A stretch of 64,000 nt of DNA. It comes from Pocillopora damicornis. Lineage: Eukaryota. This document shows, piece by piece, positions 54,892-64,000 of the stretch. Made by a program: the position numbers and the translations under genes. The DNA lies in contig NW_020845410.1 of assembly GCF_003704095.1 (NCBI RefSeq), positions 930,001-994,000 of the forward strand. The letters run 5' to 3'. Within the stretch, counting starts at the first letter, position 1. Each line of letters starts with the position of its first letter. The notes below the pieces were generated by a model. That model did not search any database. It saw nothing but the letters and a program-made list of their open reading frames with translations, and had not been told where the DNA came from.

Positions 54892-57800
54892 TTAATTTAC
54901 GCAAATCCTACGATGTCGACTAAGCTGGGAAGCTTGTGAAAATGACTTCCCACACCGTTCGCACGAAAATGGCTTCTCTCCAGTATGCGTGCGCATGTGA
55001 TTATTCAAGGTGGTCGCTCCACTAAACGATCGCAGGCAGTACCCGCATTTGAAGGGCTTCTCGCTAACGTGAACAACTGCGTGCATACGCAGTTCTTTTG
55101 GTTGAGCAAAAGATTCATGACAATGGCCACATCGGTAGGGCTTACAAGACATGCGCGAACAAAGATGATTGTTCAGAAGAGAACGCTGAGTGAAGGACAT
55201 TTTACACTGACCACATTTGAAATCATCACACTCCCTGAAGTTCTCCAAAACTTTCTCGTATATCTTGCGGTATCCAGTAGTCAGCTGAATTCCTGTGGTG
55301 GTTATCGAGTTGTTTTCTGCAGGTGACATACTATTGCTTGATTCTTGTTGCCTTCGAGGCCGCTTGAGAGGTCGTTCTGTTTCTTGAAGGAATGATTTGT
55401 CCACCAGCCGCTTACAAGGAGGGGAGCTGTAGTTAACATTAGGCTTGCTGCTCCTTGCTTGATGGTCAGCTTCTTGACTGACATTATCAGGAGAGTTTTC
55501 TTGTTCCGTCTGTGGTTGCGCACTTGAAATAGTGACGCTGTCAGCATGCTTCGTGCTTGATGCTTTTCCTTCGAAATCTAGAGAAGAAAATGGGATTTCA
55601 TTTGAAAAAGATGAAAACAAATTATATAATTAATTGCTGAAATAGCATCTGATTCAAAACAGTCATGTGTAAAATATCTTCATTTATGCATGTGTATTTT
55701 CTGAACTCAAGGATTGAAAGGCAACGTTTTTCGAAATTCGTCGTAGAATAAAAATTTAGCTAATGTGAGTTAATTTACTCCTTAATTTGGGTCCATTTGA
55801 AGAGCAATCTCTTAATATTTGCTAAATATGGCATCAGAAACATAACGTTTTTGAGGCATATAATAATTTTGTTTAACTGGTTTTTAAGAAATATTTCACC
55901 TGGAAAGTGTTGTGAAATATCCTTCGTCCAGTTACCGACAGGTATCCCCATGTGCTGCAAGTAATAGTTATCATCATACCACACCAATAACTCTGTACCA
56001 CTTGGTATTTCACGGAAAGCGCGATAAAAGATACTTTTGTTGTGCTGAAATGCAAACATGTTTTGCTCCTCTTTGTGACGAGCGCAACGAATAAAGCGCA
56101 TCCAGCTCGAAGTATCCATATCACTACCGTCTAAAAAAAAGGCCAGTTTCTCGTTCTCGTAGACCTGCAGCAAGAGAGAATAACGTATTTTTGTTGGAGC
56201 TGACCTTAGTGCTATTGGATCAGCAAAAGAAATGACGAACTTAAACAGAGAAAAAGAAAAAAGGGTTGTGAATTTTATTTGCTCAGCCTTCGAGTTATGA
56301 GTTATTTGTCTTGACCTTTACAGAAGGAAAGGGGTTGAGTCTTCCAAAGGAGCCGAATTCAGTAATAAGACTTAGAAAACCTGACGCATGATTTATCAGT
56401 GAGATACAGTGAACTTGCAGCGATTCAGGCAAAACAGTGCAACGGTGTAACAGTGCCTGATTTCGGGATTGTGACATTTCAAAGATTAAAAGTTGTTGTA
56501 TTAATTTAAAAGTGATAAACCTATGGTCTACGCGCGCACATACCTCCCACATGTATGACGTGTCTATATCCGGAGTAACGATATCAGTTGAAAGGTACTT
56601 TCCTTCATATGGACCAATCCATGTTCCCACGGGAATATGCTGCTTTGCGCAAACTCCATAACCCTCCCCTGGGATTCCAGACAGGCAAAGTTTCACTTCA
56701 TCCGGGAACGAGGCCACAGCGTAGCTTAGTTTTGCATTCCTTGCAGACTTTTTTTGACCTGTTTCCATGGCTACATCAATCCATCTTCCATCTGGCGTTG
56801 TTTTGGGGACCTTGGATTGTTGTTCTTTTGGATAATAATGAGTGTCAGTGAAATAAACTAATTTTTATTAGGAGCTAATTCATTTTTTATATTTCTATTA
56901 AGTTATTTTCTTTATCAGTATTCCGAATTAGTCTGTCAAAAGCCTAATACTCTGACAGTTAAATAAAGTCTGCCACAACACCATGGACGCAACTGAAATG
57001 TTGCGTAATGTTAGAACATAATATTTGGTGGGATTAAGTGTCAAATTTTTATTCTTTTCACCACGATGGAAAGAAATAAATCGTTATCTCTTAGTTTAAT
57101 TTGTTCGACCCTCAAAAATTAAAGGTGTTCTTGTTAGCAGAATTTATAGTTATTGCATCGCCACTTTTTCACTGGAAGTGCAAATCTCTTGTTTGTGGAA
57201 CCGTTTTGGAGACGCACAGAACAGAAAATAAATATCTTATTAACCTTCACCTACTAGTCTACACTATAAGCTACGGATCCTCCTTTGTTTAGTTTCGCTG
57301 TACGACTTATGCCAGCGCTTGATTCATATGCTGAAGGGAAAAACTCGGTCCGTAACTTATGTTGCTACGCGATTCAGGAGGTTCGAGTGCCAAGAGCTAA
57401 AAGCAACCAATTAGATTGCTCCATTTATGGTCCCGCAAGGGCTCATATTTTCCCAAAATCGGACCGGGTAATGTCCCAGTTGATCCCGCGCGACTCCGGG
57501 GAGGATTTTGCCCGATCAAATCAAGGTAACTGTCCACCGGATAAATAGTTCTAAGACCGTAAAATGTGTAGTTAGAAACTCCGTGTATTCACAACGAACT
57601 AGAAAAATCGTGACGTGAAGGTCATGACGGTACGGACCTCGTTGCACTCGGTCCCTACCGACACGGACTTGTGGCTGGTCATATACATACATGTGTGGAC
57701 CCCGAAATCGTTTAGTAAGAGTTAACGCTTTACTTCTTCATCGACCTATTATTTAATAATTCATCAAAAATTATTTAATATAATTAATCTACCGTACGAT

Positions 57801-59867
57801 TTTAAAATCTTTATCGACCTTTAATTTACCTGAGCTTTCCATGTCTTCTTCAGTCATCGTTTCTAAAATGTGTACCTCTTCCACAGAATTTCTTCCGTAC
57901 AGAACATACTGCAGATCTTCTTCAATAAAATGCCCCCGGCACTGTGAAGAAGTATCAGATCCGGTTGATGATGGCGGACCGTCCATCTAATAGAATTAAA
58001 GTACAAGATATGTGAATATTCCAGCAAGCATTACCATTTTCATTATCAACATTCGTTTATAAGCGACAAAATTGGATTTAAAGTTGGGTAATTATAAGAT
58101 ACCTTCCTGACACAAATATTTCAACTAGTTACTGTCTTCACTAGATTTTCTTTAGTCTGAAAAATCGTGCTAAGCAGTGTCCAATGAAATTCTGTCGCAT
58201 GGTGTCGTTGCGCAATGTTGCAACGGAGTTAGTTCCGGAAATCGGAGCTAGTGCGTAACTAATCAGATATGTGGAAATTTATATGGAAAAAATCGTTCTC
58301 TGTCTTGTTTATTCAATGATTAGAAAATAATTTATATCCGGTTAATCAAAGGATCAACGTAATCATCTGATTTCGGAAATTAAAGAGATATCCTTCCAAC
58401 TGAATATTGCGAAACTGCCGTGATCGATTGCTTACGATGGTAATCAGGGCTACTTAAAACTCGATCTCTGATTGGTCAAATTGCGGCCGCACCCCAAAAA
58501 GGAAACCTCTTCAAGTGGTGTCGAAACTTCCTGCTAAATTGCAAAGAACGACGAAGGAATATAAGATACATTTCAATGAAAATGGATCTTTGAGTTTCTT
58601 TTTTGTAATTTATTTTTTCATACACGTTGAAAATCCTACGACAAATTAACAATACATCATACAAAGAGGGTTTCAGAAAGGTTAAGCGTCAGCCGCAAAA
58701 CGGCCAAAACATTTTGCCGTTAAGCCTTAAAATTGACAAATTTTAACCGTTAGTCGTAAAAGCCATCATCTGTTTGAGACCACTTAGGAACATTTTCTGT
58801 AGTTGTGCTATCTCCTAAATTGAAACTATTCAGTATTGTGATTAAAACACTGATCGATTGAAGATATAAAATCAGTAATCGTTACAGTTCAATTCCTCAA
58901 AACTGAACTATAATCTCGGTGAAATAACGAGTTTAATGACTCAAAATTGACGATGTATGATTGGGTTAGTTGCTCAATCATTGTCTGCTAGTAAATTTAG
59001 CCATGTTTAGAATTGAATGTTTCAAGAAAAATGTCGCTGCTTGAAGTGATCCTGAATGTCGCAAGAACATAAATGTCTACTGTTCTCTTTAAATTACATT
59101 TTGTTTACGCACAATTCAGCTCTTTCTTCCTAGTACGCAAAAGAAAAAAATCCCAAAATTTGAATGACTGAAATCGTCAAACCAACAAGTGGTATTGATT
59201 CGATTGCGAAACGAAATATATACAACAGCAGAAGTCCTTTTCAATTCGTAGGTACAATAGTTTACATTAAATAGCTTACGAGAGAGGTTCTAATGACAAC
59301 TCGGCCACTTGAATGTTTGCACGTCTCTCCTAACACTTCGACGTGTATATTTCAGTGACAATTTAAAATCAAAATACGATTTATGTGCACAGAAATAGCT
59401 TTCAATAATCCAACATAATGGGGCTGGTGTATTCTTTGTTTCACCGGTGACATTTTTGTTTAAACGTTCTTGTGAAAGTAAAACAAAAGACGGCCAGGGA
59501 CCATTTACGACGGCTGCAGAGCCACTTTCATCAGAAAGGGGTCAAGAAAAGGGAGGCTCACAAAGTAAATAGAAAAACATTTAAGACAAACAACTGGAGA
59601 ATGGTGAACAAACCAGACTATTACACAGAAGTGATGGCAAAACTGAGCTGAGTTCTCGCCACAAAATGTTCTGAGGAAAGAGGCGGCAACAAAATGAAGA
59701 ACAGCGCTAAGTAGAAACTGAACAAAACTCAGTCTCGTATTCCTCCATTATTTCGTATACGTCATGGCTGAAAAGGTGAAATAATTGCCTTTCTTCTAAT
59801 GATCATCAATAATAACAGACCTATTTTGCCTTACCTTTGAAAGCTCTTGGATCTCTTCCAAGTTCAT
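54892..59867 (-). CDS. PRDM6: PRDM6-family PR/SET zinc-finger protein, copy G, no zinc knuckle (~484 aa)
   Basis: Exons 59867-59835 ([11 protein letters not shown]|gtaagg, less certain), 57986-57830 ([13 protein letters not shown]), 56857-56544 (acceptor approximate; GPYEG), 56164-55900, 55577-54892. Total 1455 nt, in frame; four fingers. Confidence 0.88.
58665..58784. repeat. Possible degenerate MITE with internal accgt-type repeats; related sequence near 38490-38600
   Basis: Imperfect inverted ends gagggtttca / tgagaccact; a ttttaaccgt motif is shared with the 38.5-kb segment. Confidence 0.3.
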
Positions 59868-62800
59868 CGCCGCCTCATCAACTGCGAGTGTTTCTTAGAA
59901 AGCCCTGTTAATCTAATGCATGCTACTTTACCAAATGTAATTCGGTTATCAACCGACCAATTAGATCAATTTGAGCACGAGGCCTCTTTACATCTAGCAC
60001 AAATACTTGGTTATTTTAAGAATGATCTATTAAGAATCCTCCTTGCCCTCGCGGTGTTCAAAAGTACTCCGTATTTGTGGAACACTGAAGACAATGTAAT
60101 AAATATTTAATGAGGGCGGCCATATCAATGGCAAGCTTCAAAAACGAGCGAAAAAAAACTTCCGATATCTTGCCCTGAAAGCTGGAACAATAAGTACTTT
60201 GAACACGAGAATCATCTTTTAGTTTTTATACCCTTTTTTGAGTTCCTGGTTCACCATCAAAGTGAGATAAATGACCGCAGTGCGCATTTTGCTTTGGAGC
60301 CGTTATCAATATCTATTGCAAGGGAACACTGAGTGCACGAATCACGACATACTATACTGTAACTTCAATCAAACTGCAAAAAACGGCAAGAAAGAAAGTT
60401 TATATGTCTTGCAGCCACGTAGCGAAGTACTCGTTTGTCGCAGAGAGAAGTATTAAGATTTATCTTTCGGCTTTCAAAAACTGATTTGTGATATGCAACA
60501 AGTGCTACGTTCCAACAACGAAGTGGTTAAGTGCCGCAAAAAGAGAGCCTTGAAAGAAAGTATAAATACCGCAGTTTAACCGCAGTGCCAAGATATAAAA
60601 TTTGCGTTTAAATATTTTTCTCTATGCTTTCACTTAACTATGTAGCAACGAAATGCAGCTTCAATTTTTGTGCTTTGAATTGCGTTAGAATGGAGCTGAA
60701 TGAGCCACGCTTGAACCCACGTGCTGGTAGGTTTTCAATGCATGACAGCAGTAGATCGGGGTGGGGTTTATTTGACATTAGTGAGCTGTGCCCTTCAATC
60801 CTTTCTGATCAGAATAACAGAGGCAAACAATTGGAAACAGTTTTGAGACAGCCTATTCAAATGCTTTTACAGTCCAAAAGAAACAGCTTCAATAAATATT
60901 TGCTTTTTCTTTGAAATTATTTCAAAAAGGAATTCAACGATGCTTTTAAACAGGGCAGAGTTGCTACAATGCGTTTGACGTAAACAAATGACAAGGAACT
61001 CAAAACCCCGACGTACCTGCATAAAATTGCAAAAATAAAATGCACGCTTTTCTAGAATATTAATGGATAGCAAATCTTACAAATTTCAGTGACATTTCAA
61101 AGTAAATAACACAAATTTGTCATGATAGTTAATCGTACCTTGTATGTCAACGAACGTTGCTGATTTGATTTTAGCAGATTTAAGGGGGCTAACGTTTCAA
61201 CAATTTCAACTCTCTTTTACAACGTCTACGAGCCATCAATTCATATGACATTTTTGCGATTAAAAGTGACTGTTTCTCTTAGGGCCATATGGCCTTTTTC
61301 TGAGAGCTAACAAATTCAAAGTTAAGTTTCAAAATTGACACTCTTTATGATGATATCACCCTTGCAAATCAACGGCTTATAACACGCGATGTATAAGCTC
61401 CAGTCTTGGTTTCAAAATCAAATGAAACAAAGAATTGAATCAGTATAAAATCGCTAAACATCCTTAAATAAGGAGATACATAATGCTTGCGTACAGCAGT
61501 TTGTGTTTCCAGTGAAAGCTCTTAAACGGTGAGTGCTCAACTAAAATTTTTAAGAATCGATTCTCTCCCTGAAGGTCTGATATTTCCTATGAAACCTGAA
61601 ACGAGGTATGTATCTGTGGTATAAAATTTTGAAATATTTAATGGAATTAAATTGACTGAAATGAAATCAAAAGCATAAAATACTTTGGTGGTTGCCTAGA
61701 ACTGCAGTTGGGTTGTTTTACCAGTGGTAAAAACCAAGAAAATATATTTATAATTCCTGTTTGGTTTTTACGTGTCTTGTTTCCACTTCCTGTCACTTGA
61801 ATTAATAATTCATTATAAACATGATACTTTGTAATAAGCTAAGTGAGAAGCCGAAGTCCTTAAATGGAACTCGAAGCTGAAACCTTGGCTGATGGATCAG
61901 TTAAAGCCTAGGCAAGCCAGCTGAACTAGATGTGGGAGCCACGAGTCTCTTGAAATTCGGTATTCTTGCTTTTATTTCCCGTCTGTCGCAGCTTTTAGTG
62001 AGCGAATTCCTCTGTTAATGCACTTTTTATCATATACTGCAGACTTCTGCCATCTGTTTCTTGTAGATCGACAGAGAAGAAGTGACAGGCACATGAAAAA
62101 GGCGAGTTCTTTACGACTATTAGCTTTGCACCGTGGAATATCGACAAAAAATTTACACGTTCTGAAAGGTGCAACGTTTTCAAGCGAGTATTATCTGTAT
62201 CCTCCTCGTGTTTGATTACTAATAGCGCGTTACTGAAGCGCACTTGTCAGTAGCTTAAATCTTCAACGTTTTTCTTTAAATTTAAGGGTGTAACATTTAT
62301 ATTGAGGAGGATGACAAAAAGATTGTGATTAACGCAACAAAGACAGCCATCCGAGGCCAGTAGCCTCTAAAATGACTTGCATTTATCATTAATCACACTT
62401 CAGTTTAATCTGGTTTGAAAAATACTGCATTGTATTAGCTACTTGCAGTATTCAACTTTCTTTTGTACCCGGATTCTTTTCCCGCCATTTTTTTGCGCAT
62501 GTGCAAAGCCTCTGCACTTATGTGACAAATTTCTATGAGAATTGAGGCCTGAATTCACCTTTGGGTTTTTTCAAAAACGTATTAACTTCCTTCACTATTT
62601 CTCAAATAACTCTTTTTCCTACTTAGTTTGTATTTATGCTTCAGACCAAATTCGTTAAGTTTGAATGAAAGCCTGAAGATTTTTTCCGGAAAAGACAATT
62701 CCATTTAATACTCTTTAGGTTGTTTATTCTTTACCAATGTTCTATAGCTTGTAATCTCTCTCTAGAACCAAAAAATCGCGGGTCATGAGGAAACTTGTGA

Positions 62801-63019
62801 TCAATTGATGTCAGTTATACCGAAGCAACAGGCAGTCATTACGACAGTCCTTCTTTGTTCCAAAAAATACCCAAGAACTTGAAAATCCCTCGAATACTAA
62901 CTAGTTTAAAACTCACTGTTGAATGGATTAGTTTTGCTCAGCCGCGCAACTGTTAACAAATAGGATTTTTCAGACTGAGTGAAACTACTAGTTTCAGAAA
63001 TTCAAAACACTTCTCAGAA

Positions 63020-63054
63020 GTCGAGGGCACATGAAACTTTCATGTGCCCTCGAC
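63020..63054. repeat. Perfect 35-bp palindrome (17-bp arms, 1-nt centre)
   Basis: gtcgagggcacatgaaa-c-tttcatgtgccctcgac. Confidence 0.95.
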
Positions 63055-64000
63055 GAGAAAACAAAATGATGCCAGGAGCTTTTTTCAGCATTCAACTTCC
63101 AGGCCATAATATTGCTCCTCTTCCATAAGCGTTCCTGCAATCAGCTATAATGCTATTGAAATAACTTCTTCGCAGTTTACTCGTTGCTCCTGTCAGGATT
63201 CCGGCAAAATTCTGAGGATTAATATCAGGGCTGTATGGTCAATATACAAATATTAAAATACGCCTTTAAGGCATATTGCATCCACTTTAAGCCGTTTGAA
63301 GCTAGTACATGAACACCAGTCAGTTTCAAAAGACTAACAATCTGAGTTGTGGTAAATACAAGACTTACTCAATCCTGACCTGCTTTCGTGACAAAGCGCG
63401 AATCACACAAACCTCTTTTTTTTAATTTATCCAAGATTTTCCGTGTTGCGGGTGAATGATGTCATTCTCAATGAGATAATGGCCCAGACGTGAACAATAT
63501 TATGGAAAACAATCATTCCTATAGTGCACAATAAGTTTCTTTCTGGCTAGTACAAAGTTCCGCATACATTGTCGGTCAATGAAAACAAATACAGGGCAAT
63601 TTTAGAAACCTCCACAAGAGCGAGTATTCCGTTTCCGATGAAGAATGTCATATATTGCTAAGGAAATTGTTCAAGTTTTCCGTTTCCAGGTTTCTTATAT
63701 AAGATGACCTCTCAGATTAAAATATCCCACACGGATATGAGTGTAAGGATGTTTTTCTTTTAAATTCTTCTTCTTCTTCTTTTTTTTTTTGTAAAGAAAT
63801 GCAGGCTTAAGCCTTCTTCATCGCGATCGACATTAACAGATAATCCAGTCTCAGAATTATCAAAAAGAGAATTGGGCACTTCGTTCGTATGTGACAGAAT
63901 TTATTTTGATTATTTGCCAAACTCGAGTATAGCGCTATCCGGTTTAGCTAAAAACTTATCGCAGAAAAAAAAATATATAAGTGGTCTTTTTAGTTCTCAT

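Noticed and set aside
8191-59867. Calling the SET genes PRDM9 (or PRDM14)
   Set aside because: The SET domains resemble PRDM9, but there is no KRAB or SSXRD domain and no homogeneous 84-bp finger minisatellite. The four-finger sequence, knuckle and CEP120 linkage indicate PRDM6.
1-64000. Prokaryotic-type systems (CRISPR array, operon, defence island, prophage)
   Set aside because: The sequence has spliceosomal introns and animal genes; no regularly spaced repeat-spacer array was seen.
60100-64000. An eighth PRDM6 copy at the window end
   Set aside because: No finger exon (GATTLNNH) or SET motif was found on either strand; further copies beyond the window cannot be excluded.

Overview
Eukaryotic, intron-rich animal genomic DNA, most likely from an anthozoan cnidarian such as a stony coral (inferred from gene content and repeat types, not proven). 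It is not prokaryotic, so the ORF track mostly shows fragments of spliced exons. Positions 123-5495 hold the 3' 15 exons of CEP120 (+). They are followed by an array of seven apparently intact PRDM6-family genes, labelled A-G and oriented A> B> <C <D <E <F <G. The shared layout is a pre-SET helical motif, a zinc knuckle, a PR/SET domain and four zinc fingers. I rebuilt all eight genes by hand from GT-AG junctions, and each gives a continuous reading frame. Main observations: (1) PRDM6 sits next to CEP120, as I recall it does in human. (2) A-B is an inverted duplicate of the E-D pair. (3) The paralogs have diverged module by module: D lost zinc fingers 1 and 4, G lost the knuckle, A and E have Phe where the other five have a PRDM9-type active-site Tyr, and finger 3 is nearly invariant while finger 2 varies. 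(4) A ~200-bp palindromic repeat in an intron of gene E carries two minimal hammerhead-ribozyme motifs, and a decayed copy lies at ~53.7 kb. Several MITEs and hairpin repeats are also present. Homology statements rest on recalled sequences; no searches were run.
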